NCBI GenBank assembly: GCA_021812185.1
Contig: JAKAON010000001.1
Coordinates: forward strand, 45,929-109,928
From: Candidatus Micrarchaeota archaeon
Lineage (GTDB): Archaea > Micrarchaeota > Micrarchaeia > Micrarchaeales > CABMGC01
Direction: 5' to 3'
DNA length: 64,000 nt
The notes under the pieces were generated by a model that ran no database searches, had not been told where the DNA came from, and saw nothing but the letters and a program-made list of their open reading frames with translations. How positions within the stretch are numbered: the first letter of the stretch is position 1; every line of letters starts with the position of its first letter. Both the position numbers and the translations under genes were made by a program. This document shows, one piece after another, positions 1 through 8,704 of this stretch.

Positions 1-499
1 GGCCGTCATTGAGGCCAAAAACTATCGATTTTATGTAATAAAGGCTGTCTTCGTATTGTTGCACTTTGGAAAGCAGCACATATTCGCTCTCTTTCTCACT
101 ATTGAGTAAATCCAATAACTTGTTTGATCTTCCACCTTCCTTGCGCATCAATTTGTCGTACTTTGCAAGTAGTGAGTCTTCTTTTTTCTCGAGAAGCTTC
201 ATCACGAACGCTATGCCAAGCAGTTGTCGCGCCGTGTTAAAAATCGCAAGTTGAAGGTTTATGGCAAATGGCTCTTTTGGGGTTATGCCGTGTTTTTTCA
301 ATTCACGCGACCATAGATTGCGGTGCTTTTTCTCCTGCGATGCCAAAGCGCGCAATATTTTCTTTAAATCGCTATTCTTCTCATTGTAAGCTAGTTTAGA
401 ATACAAAGAAAAATGGAGGGATTCGTCTTTGTGATATGCTTGTTCCAGTTTTATCTCATATTTTGTAACCGCTTTTTCCTTTTTAGAATCGCCTTCCAT
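1..499 (-). CDS. Ferritin/rubrerythrin-like domain fused to VIT1/CCC1 iron transporter (5' part; runs off window start)
   Basis: Translated by hand, absent from the ORF track: MEGDSKKEK...DESLH...QEKKH... ending at the window edge in SIVFGLNDG, the first VIT1/CCC1 motif; ExxH pairs in the N-terminal part. Confidence 0.8.
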   Translation of the reverse strand, partial: MEGDSKKEKAVTKYEIKLEQAYHKDESLHFSLYSKLAYNEKNSDLKKILRALASQEKKHRNLWSRELKKHGITPKEPFAINLQLAIFNTARQLLGIAFVMKLLEKKEDSLLAKYDKLMRKEGGRSNKLLDLLNSEKESEYVLLSKVQQYEDSLYYIKSIVFGLNDG

Positions 500-552
500 A
501 TTAACGCCAATTTGATGCAAATCAATTAATACTGATTCGGATACATATTATT

Positions 553-1113
553 GTGGCTGACAAGTTTAATAATTATTCATCATATTCGGGGACTGAGTCG
601 TATAAGTATATAGAAGGTTTGATCAACGATAGCAAGAGGGTGCTAGTGATATCGCCTTATATAGATGCCCACTATGCTAAATTTCTTGCAAGAAGTTCGA
701 AAGGCAAAGAGATATACGTGATCTCTTCATCGCTTGAAAGAGGCCCTAAGGAGATACTTGTAGGTAGGAAGGCAAATGCCGTTGTCTTGCTATTAATAGC
801 GATTGCGTTAATCCTTGGTTTCGCACTTCTCTTCATGAGCTATTTTGTGGTGGGTTGCACGGTGCTTATCGTCTCTGTTATATCGCTTTATTTTGAGATG
901 GCGGATGTAGGGGTATCGAATATAAGACTTAAGGTACCTGCACATTTTGTTCATGCTAAAATGTATATAGGAGATGGACAGGCAATTCACGGATCGGCAA
1001 ACCTGACATACAAAGGCATGCACAGGAACATAGAGCATGTTGAGCTTACAAAAGATCCTATGCAGCTAAAAAACCTTGAAAGCCAGTTCTGGAGGCTATG
1101 GCATAGCCTTTGA
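553..1113 (+). CDS. Phospholipase D-superfamily protein (single HKD) with internal transmembrane hairpin
   Basis: VISPYID near the N-terminus, HAKMYIGD...GSANLT HKD motif, hydrophobic insert in the middle. Confidence 0.75.
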   Translation: MADKFNNYSSYSGTESYKYIEGLINDSKRVLVISPYIDAHYAKFLARSSKGKEIYVISSSLERGPKEILVGRKANAVVLLLIAIALILGFALLFMSYFVVGCTVLIVSVISLYFEMADVGVSNIRLKVPAHFVHAKMYIGDGQAIHGSANLTYKGMHRNIEHVELTKDPMQLKNLESQFWRLWHSL

Positions 1114-1117
1114 CGAA

Positions 1118-2032
1118 TCAGTTTTCGACGCTATCGATAATTCCTGACGCAAATATTCTTGGTGAGTTGCTGCGCATAAGCATGAACTCATCGCCATTCT
1201 CAAGAGAGAGGCCTTTTTCGAATTTTAAAACTACCTTCTCGCCTTCTATTTTCTCCACAGTTGCCTCAGAGTATGAAAAATTGGATACGAAACCGTATCG
1301 ATCATTAACGTCCACTTTCTGTTTAGTGAATTCGCTTATCTTAAGTTTTCCTAAGATCTTTGATGCTTTTTTGTAAGGCTTGCTAAGCAGTATGTCACCT
1401 TTCTCCATCTCGTCGTATTCTATGCCTTTAGTTGCGATGCCCACCCTTACGAACTTTCCGGCTTCTTGTTGATCTTCATCTTGTGCCTGTATTGACCTGA
1501 CCACCACTTCTTTTCCCGACCCATGGTATAGTTTATCGTGCACTTTGAGTGTTCCTTTTGTGACTATGCCAAGCACTATTGTGCCGACTCCTTTTACAGG
1601 AAAGGCCTTATCTATGTCGACCCTCACTTCGGAGGATTGGTCAGATTTTGCATGATAGCTTATGATTTTCTCTAGAACAGACTCCTTGTTGGTTATTTCG
1701 GGAGAGGTCATTTTCAGTCCTGCGACGAACTGAGTTACGTCATTATCATCCGTCATTAACGTACGTTTGTTTAATAATGATACTGCAATAAGTACCTCTC
1801 CAAAAGCCTTGTCTATATTTGAGGTGCTAATTGCTATTTGCTCTGATATAAGCAAAGTCTCAGGCAAGGCGTAGAATTTCTCTGATAGCGAGCTTGGAGC
1901 TATTGCGACTATTACATCGTCTCCCACCTTGCGATTGTAGAAGGTTATGCTGTTTTCGGAGCCCTTCTTTCCTATGAGATCTGCAAATTTTGCATCGACA
2001 GGAATGGCTATTAAATGATTTGATTTTGGCAT
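1118..2032 (-). CDS. SelB-like / EF-Tu domain-2 translation factor (aSelBL)
   Basis: IDKAFPVKGVGTIVLG...VRSIQ...RVGIA EF-Tu/SelB domain II; degenerate G-domain (IGKKGSENSITFYN). Confidence 0.75.
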   Translation of the reverse strand: MPKSNHLIAIPVDAKFADLIGKKGSENSITFYNRKVGDDVIVAIAPSSLSEKFYALPETLLISEQIAISTSNIDKAFGEVLIAVSLLNKRTLMTDDNDVTQFVAGLKMTSPEITNKESVLEKIISYHAKSDQSSEVRVDIDKAFPVKGVGTIVLGIVTKGTLKVHDKLYHGSGKEVVVRSIQAQDEDQQEAGKFVRVGIATKGIEYDEMEKGDILLSKPYKKASKILGKLKISEFTKQKVDVNDRYGFVSNFSYSEATVEKIEGEKVVLKFEKGLSLENGDEFMLMRSNSPRIFASGIIDSVEN

Positions 2033-2092
2033 TTCACGACCGTTTTTAGATCTTTAATTGGCATCGAATTTATAAACAAACGCATAGAAAGG

Positions 2093-2100
2093 TTTAAATA
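2093..2100 (+). promoter_or_regulatory. Putative TATA box with purine-rich BRE upstream of tfb
   Basis: AGAAAGG followed by TTTAAATA, about 140 nt upstream of the tfb ATG. Confidence 0.45.
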
Positions 2101-2237
2101 GATATCTTGCATTTAATATACTGCTCATTTTAGCAACTTTTTTAAATGTTGCGACTTATTTCATAAAAATAAAAAAATAACTGCATGAATGTATGTTATC
2201 GGAATGAGCATATATAAATGTTTATAGAGTGGTTCAA

Positions 2238-3437
2238 ATGGCTAACAAAAAACAACAGAAGAGAGTACAAAAAACTGCAAAGAAAGTGAAGAAGGCAGCA
2301 CCTAAGCCAAAGGCTGCGCACACAAAGAAGATCGCGTCGCCTAAGCCAAAGGTTGATGATGCAAGGAGACCAATAGCATCTGCGCCAAGGTCAGTTCAAA
2401 GTGGCAGCGAGTTCACGAGGCCGATTATGCCAGAAGCAGCTGCAGGAGAAGACGAATTCATGGATATGGGGCATGCGCCGGAACAGGATGTGAAGATAGT
2501 GCATGGAAAGGCTGGGCCGCAAGTGGCCTCACAATCAAAGAGATGCCCAAGCTGCGGAAGCCCGGACATAATATATGATAATGAGAGAGGAGAGATGGTC
2601 TGCAACCAGTGCGGACTGGTCGTTGAGGAAAACGTGACGGACAGCGGACCTGAATGGAGGGCATTTGACTCCGATCAGAGAAACGCGAGGGCGAGGACAG
2701 GAGCTCCAATAAAATACATGAAGTTAAACAAGGGGCTTGTTACTGAAATTGATATGTACAATAGAGATATACGAGGAGCAAGGCTTCCATCGAAGAGGCA
2801 AGCTCAGTTATATAGAATGAGGAAATGGCACAAGAGAGCAAGCATAGCAAGCTCCAGCGAGAGGAACTATTTGATAGCCCTTCCGGAACTAAACAGGGCA
2901 GCCAGCTATCTTGGACTTCCCGAGAACATAAGGGAAAGCGCCGCTCTCCTCTACAGGCAATGCGTAAAGAACAATTTGATAAGAGGAAGACCTATAGAGA
3001 CAGTTGTGAACGCAGCGCTGTATGCAACATGCAGAAGCGCAGGAATGCCAAGAACTCTTGATGAGATTGCACAAATATCTGGAGTACCGAAGAAGGAGAT
3101 TGGAAGGGCATACAGGGTTATATCCCACGAATTAAACCTCAAGATACCTTTGACCGATCCTTCAGGATATGTGCCGAGATACGTAGCTGCACTCAAGCTC
3201 AGTGGTGAGGCGCAGGAGAAAGCGCTTGTGTTACTTACTGATGCCATGAAGAAAGGACTTGTAAGCGGAAGAAGCCCTACAGGGGTTTCTGCGGCTGCAG
3301 TCTACATAGCAGGTGCATTGGTAGGAGAGAGAAGAACCCAAAAAGAGGTCGCAAGCGTCGCAGGAGTGACAGAAGTCACAATAAGGAATAGGTATAGGGA
3401 GCTAAAGAAGGAGCTCAATATAGACGTAAACCTCTGA
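2238..3437 (+). CDS. tfb: Transcription initiation factor IIB with N-terminal extension
   Basis: CPSC..CNQCG zinc ribbon, GPEWRAF B-reader, two cyclin repeats, TEVTIRNRY. Confidence 0.97.
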   Translation: MANKKQQKRVQKTAKKVKKAAPKPKAAHTKKIASPKPKVDDARRPIASAPRSVQSGSEFTRPIMPEAAAGEDEFMDMGHAPEQDVKIVHGKAGPQVASQSKRCPSCGSPDIIYDNERGEMVCNQCGLVVEENVTDSGPEWRAFDSDQRNARARTGAPIKYMKLNKGLVTEIDMYNRDIRGARLPSKRQAQLYRMRKWHKRASIASSSERNYLIALPELNRAASYLGLPENIRESAALLYRQCVKNNLIRGRPIETVVNAALYATCRSAGMPRTLDEIAQISGVPKKEIGRAYRVISHELNLKIPLTDPSGYVPRYVAALKLSGEAQEKALVLLTDAMKKGLVSGRSPTGVSAAAVYIAGALVGERRTQKEVASVAGVTEVTIRNRYRELKKELNIDVNL

Positions 3438-3495
3438 TTCTTTTTTTCTTTTATTTCTTTTTATCTTATTCTTTTCTTTTATCTTTCCTTTATTG
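3438..3495 (+). terminator. Oligo-T/pyrimidine-rich archaeal terminator
   Basis: Long T-rich tract immediately after the tfb stop. Confidence 0.6.
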
Positions 3496-3546
3496 TTTAA
3501 TCAATTTATTACGCCAGGTTTATTTACAATTTGGTTTTATCAGACC

Positions 3547-4140
3547 TTAGCCCCTCATTGTATTTTGCAGATTATCCGAATAATGCCTTTCTAGTATTTC
3601 TATTATTTTCTCGGACTCTTTTGTGTAGAACTTAGGATCATGATCCGTGTAACACGTTTCTTTGCAAAGCTGCAACCTTGCAAACGATAGTGCATCAATA
3701 GGTTTATCTCCATGGGAAGATACGTTAGTTAAATCCGCACCATTTTCTACCAGCAGCTTTACAATTTCGAAATTGTGCATCGCTATTGCCTGATGCAGAG
3801 GTTTTTGTGCCATGTCCCCACCATAATAGTGCGGGAACTCCTGATTTGGGTTTGCACCTATATCAAGCAGAAACTTCATATTGCTGCAGTCATTTATTGA
3901 GTAGAGCAGCATCGTGTTTATCTGTTCAACCATATGTTCTGGATTTTGCAACAGAGCTAGACCGAGCCTAGCGCCATCGTCATATCTGCTTGCAATTGCA
4001 GCACTTATGGCAGATCGTATCTGCATCTCGGTTTTCAGGCATCCCATTGCCTCTAACTTGTGCGATATCGATCTTGACTCGGTCCGTTCAGTTGTTCGTC
4101 CCATACTTTCCACACTGCGCATTCTTTCAATCTTCCCCAT
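3547..4140 (-). CDS. Ankyrin-repeat protein
   Basis: FLLDIGANPN and KPLHQAIAMHNFEIVKLLVENGADL ankyrin motifs. Confidence 0.85.
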   Translation of the reverse strand: MGKIERMRSVESMGRTTERTESRSISHKLEAMGCLKTEMQIRSAISAAIASRYDDGARLGLALLQNPEHMVEQINTMLLYSINDCSNMKFLLDIGANPNQEFPHYYGGDMAQKPLHQAIAMHNFEIVKLLVENGADLTNVSSHGDKPIDALSFARLQLCKETCYTDHDPKFYTKESEKIIEILERHYSDNLQNTMRG

Positions 4141-4349
4141 CCCTCTAAGTAGAATCTGTCATCCGTGGAATGATTATTCGTATTATCATACTTTATATGA
4201 ACAAGTATGATTATATCATAAAAGGTATATATAACTATCGGATTTCACATGCAAACAGCAGGTTACGCACACCGTGATTGCGCAAACAAATTTTAAGCCA
4301 TCGAATTTCGTAATAATATGCAGATGTTATGCCCTTTTTCAGAAATAGA

Positions 4350-5201
4350 TTACTGCTCGGCTATTGAGTTTGCAAGCTTCTCTAGTTTCTTTATGCTTGT
4401 TTCAAGATTCTTCGCTTCGAAAGCACACCATGGAGTCGAAAATACGTATCCGTACAAATTTCCTGCGCTCGACAGATCAGGGAAGAGATTCTTCTCTATC
4501 ATGCCGACATTGTTCTCCTTCTTCAGGAAATCGAATATTGTCCCGTTAAATATGTATATTCCGGCGCTAACCAGCTTTCCCTTCTCATTTTCTGGTTTCT
4601 CAATAAAACTCGTGACTTTGAATCCATCCAGTTTTGTCACGCCAAAACCAGTAGTTATGTCGGCAGTCACAAGCGCTATTGTAGCAAGAGCTTTGGTGGT
4701 GATGTGCTGCTTATACATTTCTGAGAGATTTATCTTGAACAGGTTGTCCCCGAGTATGACAAAGAAAGGCCCATTCCCAACAAGCCCTCTCGTAAGATTT
4801 AAGGCATTTGATGTTCCATTTGGCGCATCTTCCTTTATGTAATTTAACCTTATGCCAAATAATGATCCGTCTCCGAAATAGGATGTTATTTTCTCTGCGG
4901 ATTTTCCTATAACTATGAGTATCTCAGTTATGCCATTTCGCTTGAGCTCCTTTATTACATATTCCAATATTGGCCTTCCCTTTATAAGCACCATCGGTTT
5001 TGGTATGTCCCCTTGCCCCTTTACATTTACTGTGTGTCCACCTGCTAGAACAACGGCTTTTTTGGGAGTGTTTTGAGCAAGTACCACATCTAATAGTCGT
5101 TCTATTGCATGCGACCTGTTCCTGACATTTACTCCATCTATGGAAGAGTCTATCTTTTTTAAGAGTTCGGCATCAAGAGTTATTGTCAGCCTTTCCTTCA
5201 T
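4350..5201 (-). CDS. Ribbon-helix-helix domain fused to sugar-phosphate nucleotidyltransferase-like domain
   Basis: MKERLTITLDAELLKKID...NRSHAIERLL (CopG/RHH), then AVVLAGG..PKPMV..GRPILEY, ILGDN and FIEKP. Confidence 0.85.
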   Translation of the reverse strand: MKERLTITLDAELLKKIDSSIDGVNVRNRSHAIERLLDVVLAQNTPKKAVVLAGGHTVNVKGQGDIPKPMVLIKGRPILEYVIKELKRNGITEILIVIGKSAEKITSYFGDGSLFGIRLNYIKEDAPNGTSNALNLTRGLVGNGPFFVILGDNLFKINLSEMYKQHITTKALATIALVTADITTGFGVTKLDGFKVTSFIEKPENEKGKLVSAGIYIFNGTIFDFLKKENNVGMIEKNLFPDLSSAGNLYGYVFSTPWCAFEAKNLETSIKKLEKLANSIAEQ

Positions 5202-5275
5202 CAAAACCCCACTTTAATCCTTCTATGTTAAGGAATATATATTAATTGATTACTGAGACAATATCATAGATTTTC

Positions 5276-5683
5276 ATGAAGCTTTGGATAATTTTGTATA
5301 TTGCTGCAATCATCGCACTTATTGGGATGGCTTATTCCGATAGCATAACATCATCAAATTACACATATGGGCAGGCGAATGGGATAATAGCAAACGCCAC
5401 TGATTATGTAAATTTGATAAATTCCAGCAGCTACCTTATTTTTAACCCGAATCTTACCATGTCTTACTTATACCTCAACCAAGCGACAAATATCTACCAA
5501 TCCTCGCCTTCTGCTGCAGTAGCCTACGCATATAAGGCAAGAAGTTCAGCACAAGAGCAATATGGCATCATACAGATGTACAAAAAGGGATTCACGTATA
5601 TAGTGGCTGCACTTGCGCTAATATCGCTTGTTGTCCTGTATGTGCTTATGAAACCAGTGAAGATCAAGGCAAAGAAAACATAG
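5276..5683 (+). CDS. Hypothetical exported membrane-anchored protein
   Basis: N-terminal signal-like segment, N-x-S/T sequons, C-terminal TM helix with basic tail. Confidence 0.7.
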   Translation: MKLWIILYIAAIIALIGMAYSDSITSSNYTYGQANGIIANATDYVNLINSSSYLIFNPNLTMSYLYLNQATNIYQSSPSAAVAYAYKARSSAQEQYGIIQMYKKGFTYIVAALALISLVVLYVLMKPVKIKAKKT

Positions 5684-6211
5684 TTAGCTCTTCTTCATCT
5701 TTGGAAGAGTCACCCCCATCTGCTTTTGGTACTTGCCGCTATATGGATGTTCCACAGGAGTTAGTGTCTTTGCAAATATCAGGTGCAGGAATCTTGTCCC
5801 TTTTGGAAGTTTTACTGGAAACTCGGAACCTATGATTTCTATAGTGAGCTCGCCCTCAAAACCGGCGTCCACGATTGTAGGGGGTACGAATAGACCTAGC
5901 CTTGCAAATGAAGATCTTAGATTCACGAATGCCATAACATCGTGAGGCAATTTTATCTTTTCCTGCGTCACCATCAATACATGTTCGTGCGGAGCGATAA
6001 TGAAGGCTGAACCCCTTTCCCTTGTAAAGAAGTCGTCTGAGCTCTTATCTATGCTTGGATCAAACACTTTATCCGTCTTCTTGAACCTTGCAATCTCGCC
6101 ACCTATCCTCAAATCCACTCCGTTCTCCCTTACGCTCTCAGGGTGCATAGGTTTTATCTCGATATATTTCTTCTCCAAATAATATTTCAAATCTCGATCT
6201 CCAAGTATCAT
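5684..6211 (-). CDS. dcd: dCTP deaminase
   Basis: [40 protein letters not shown]; start set at the ATG at 6211. Confidence 0.93.
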   Translation of the reverse strand: MILGDRDLKYYLEKKYIEIKPMHPESVRENGVDLRIGGEIARFKKTDKVFDPSIDKSSDDFFTRERGSAFIIAPHEHVLMVTQEKIKLPHDVMAFVNLRSSFARLGLFVPPTIVDAGFEGELTIEIIGSEFPVKLPKGTRFLHLIFAKTLTPVEHPYSGKYQKQMGVTLPKMKKS

Positions 6212-6307
6212 GCTATCACAATATAGTATAATCAGTTTATACCAAGGTATTTGCTCGGTAAGCTTTTTAGAGTTTAGTATAGATTTGTTATTACTTTGGT
6301 GCCATTT

Positions 6308-8017
6308 GTGCAGATACTTCAATTCGACGTGAACAGCATAGAGTATGAACTAGTGAAGCCAGAGGTCAAGATATACGAAAAAGTAGACGAAAGTGAGAAA
6401 AAGAAGGTAATCGAGGATGCTCTTGTTCTTTTCGTCTCGGTTGAGAAGGGAGATACTCCAGAGATAGCAAAGAAGGCTATTGATGATGCTTCGGCTTTTA
6501 TGGCGACCCTCAAGAGGAAGAGACTTGTAATATACCCATATGCGCATTTAAGCAACAATCTTGAAAGTCCGCAGCTTGCATTTGAAATACTTCAGCATAT
6601 GAGAAATTTTGCCGCTGATAAAGGGCTCGAAGTTTTCTCTTCGGCATTTGGATGGAACAAGAGATGGACACTTGCAATAAAAGGGCATCCGATGGCAGAA
6701 CAATCGAAGAGATATGGGTCAAGCGCCATAAAGCCGGCTCCAGGTCCCGCAGAGCAGAAAATAGACGCATCGAGATCTAAACCTGTTGACCTGTCCATAG
6801 TAAGAAAGAGCGATTGGTCGGGATTGCCCGATTCAGACCACAGGACGATAGGCGAGAGGCTCAATTTATACAGCTTCCAGGAGATATCTCCGGGCATGGT
6901 GTATTGGCACAACAATGGTTACATAGTGTTCAAGGAGCTTATGAAATACATACGCGAGAGGCTTGATGAGTATGGATATCAAGAGATAGCAACACCAGCG
7001 CTTGCAAGCCTCGCGCTGTGGCATGTGAGCGGGCACATAGACAAATATAGGGATGATATGTTTCTGTTTGAAACAGATAGCCAGGCCATGGGGCTCAAGC
7101 CGATGAACTGCCCTTCTACAATAATGGTATACAAGTCAAAGAGATGGAGCTACAGGGAACTGCCCGTGAGGCTCGCAGACTTCGACAAGCTATATAGAAA
7201 CGAGATAAGCGGAGCTTTGAGCGGATTATTCAGGGTGAGAGAGTTCATACAAGACGATGCACATCTTTTTGTGACTGAGGCCCAAGTCCAGGATGAGCTT
7301 ATTAAAATTCTCATGCTGGTAAAGGAACTTTACGGAAAGTTTGGGATGGAGTATAAAGCCAAGGTATCCACGATGCCAGACAACCATTTAGGGGATGATA
7401 AATTATGGGAGAAGGCAACCGAGGCATTGAAGTTAGCCCTTACTACAAACGGCATGAAATTTGAAGTTAAGGATAAGGAAGGCGCATTCTACGGCCCGAA
7501 GATAGACTTCGATGTGAAGGATTCGATGGGGAGAGAATGGCAATGCGCAACAGTCCAGTTAGATTACCAACTGCCTCAAAGATTCGGGCTCGAGTATACT
7601 GGGGAAGACGGAAAGCAGCACGCACCCGTGATTATACATAGGGTCATATACGGCAGCATTGAAAGGTTTATAGGGGTGCTAACGGAGCATCTTCATGGAA
7701 AGTTTCCAGCATGGCTCTCGCCAGTTCAAGTAAGGGTGATAACGATATCCGAACAGACAAATGATTATGCACAAAGTATTTACAAGAAGTTGAAGGAGAA
7801 GCATTTTAGAGCTGAAATCGACGTATCGGATAGGACACTTGAATACAAGGTGCGTGACGCCAAGATGATGGAAATAAATTACACCATAATAGTCGGCAAG
7901 AAGGAGCAAGAATCAGGGACAATATCGATAAGGGGCAGAGATAACAAACAGAGAATGGGAGTAACGCTTGATGATTTTGCAAGAGAACTTGAGGAAGAAG
8001 TAAGACTAAGGAAGTAG
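6308..8017 (+). CDS. thrS: Threonyl-tRNA synthetase
   Basis: IYPYAHLS archaeal editing domain; [35 protein letters not shown] start assumed. Confidence 0.97.
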   Translation: MQILQFDVNSIEYELVKPEVKIYEKVDESEKKKVIEDALVLFVSVEKGDTPEIAKKAIDDASAFMATLKRKRLVIYPYAHLSNNLESPQLAFEILQHMRNFAADKGLEVFSSAFGWNKRWTLAIKGHPMAEQSKRYGSSAIKPAPGPAEQKIDASRSKPVDLSIVRKSDWSGLPDSDHRTIGERLNLYSFQEISPGMVYWHNNGYIVFKELMKYIRERLDEYGYQEIATPALASLALWHVSGHIDKYRDDMFLFETDSQAMGLKPMNCPSTIMVYKSKRWSYRELPVRLADFDKLYRNEISGALSGLFRVREFIQDDAHLFVTEAQVQDELIKILMLVKELYGKFGMEYKAKVSTMPDNHLGDDKLWEKATEALKLALTTNGMKFEVKDKEGAFYGPKIDFDVKDSMGREWQCATVQLDYQLPQRFGLEYTGEDGKQHAPVIIHRVIYGSIERFIGVLTEHLHGKFPAWLSPVQVRVITISEQTNDYAQSIYKKLKEKHFRAEIDVSDRTLEYKVRDAKMMEINYTIIVGKKEQESGTISIRGRDNKQRMGVTLDDFARELEEEVRLRK

Positions 8018-8061
8018 AATCAGATTTAAATAACATTTCGAATAGTATATTTGTGGTTTTG

Positions 8062-8211
8062 ATGGCAGAAATTAGGGGACCCCAGTCTCAGGCAGGAATA
8101 TTCAACTTTTATGATGCACCCGACAAGGGCATGGACATAAATCTGAAGGTCTTCCTGATCCTGATAATCGTATTCGCTGCACTGATAATAGTGTTTGACC
8201 ATTTCTTGTAG
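8062..8211 (+). CDS. Preprotein translocase subunit Sec61beta (49 aa)
   Basis: Translated by hand: MAEIRGPQSQAGIFNFYDAPDKGMDINLKVFLILIIVFAALIIVFDHFL. The AG-x-x-x-FY-D motif plus C-terminal TM is typical of archaeal Sec61beta; below the ORF-track cutoff. Confidence 0.85.
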   Translation: MAEIRGPQSQAGIFNFYDAPDKGMDINLKVFLILIIVFAALIIVFDHFL

Positions 8212-8248
8212 GCATTTAAGCGAATATTTGACTACTTAAGCGCCGCAT

Positions 8249-8581
8249 TTATTCTAATTTGCATTTCTTTAATTCCATTATTTTGATGAAATTGCGCGCA
8301 ATTAATGCCTCTGCAGTAGCCTGTCCTGAATAGGCACTTGACCCAAACGATGTAGAATTATAGATGGCAAAATGTTCATAACGCATTGCCTTTTCCAGGT
8401 GTTTGCTTGCGCCTTGCCGAAGAGATTGGCAAGACAACGTGATAGGGTTTGGTTCTGAGCTGTTTAGAGCGCTTTTGCTTTTGAAGCTGCACGAAATTAA
8501 TGATACGGCTATGATTCCTATAGTAGCTGCCTTCTTTACCACTTCCAATGTGCCAGTTGTTTTTCTTTGTGTCTGTGCCAT
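8249..8581 (-). CDS. Orphan hypothetical protein, possible lipoprotein
   Basis: GTGAT SD-like sequence before the ATG at 8581; hydrophobic stretch ending LISC. Confidence 0.6.
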   Translation of the reverse strand: MAQTQRKTTGTLEVVKKAATIGIIAVSLISCSFKSKSALNSSEPNPITLSCQSLRQGASKHLEKAMRYEHFAIYNSTSFGSSAYSGQATAEALIARNFIKIMELKKCKLE

Positions 8582-8704
8582 TTTAATCACGTTATTTTCC
8601 TTGATTTCGGCCTTTATAAACATTGTTCCGAAAAAATATTCAACCACAAAATGATGCTCATTTTCATTATTGTGGCAATTTATGGGAAGCTTTTGAGTTT
8701 TCCA

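Noticed and set aside
2122..2210. Possible tRNA-Sec next to the SelB-like gene (long closing stem, TCA in a hairpin loop)
   Set aside because: TCA is not centred in the 7-nt loop (TCATAAA), there is no TTC T-loop or GG D-loop, and the element is far too AT-rich. Kept only as a generic structured element.
6212..6322. Apparent head-to-head overlap of dcd and thrS
   Set aside because: Artefact of longest-ORF start choice; family-typical starts at 6211 and about 6308 leave a normal divergent promoter gap.
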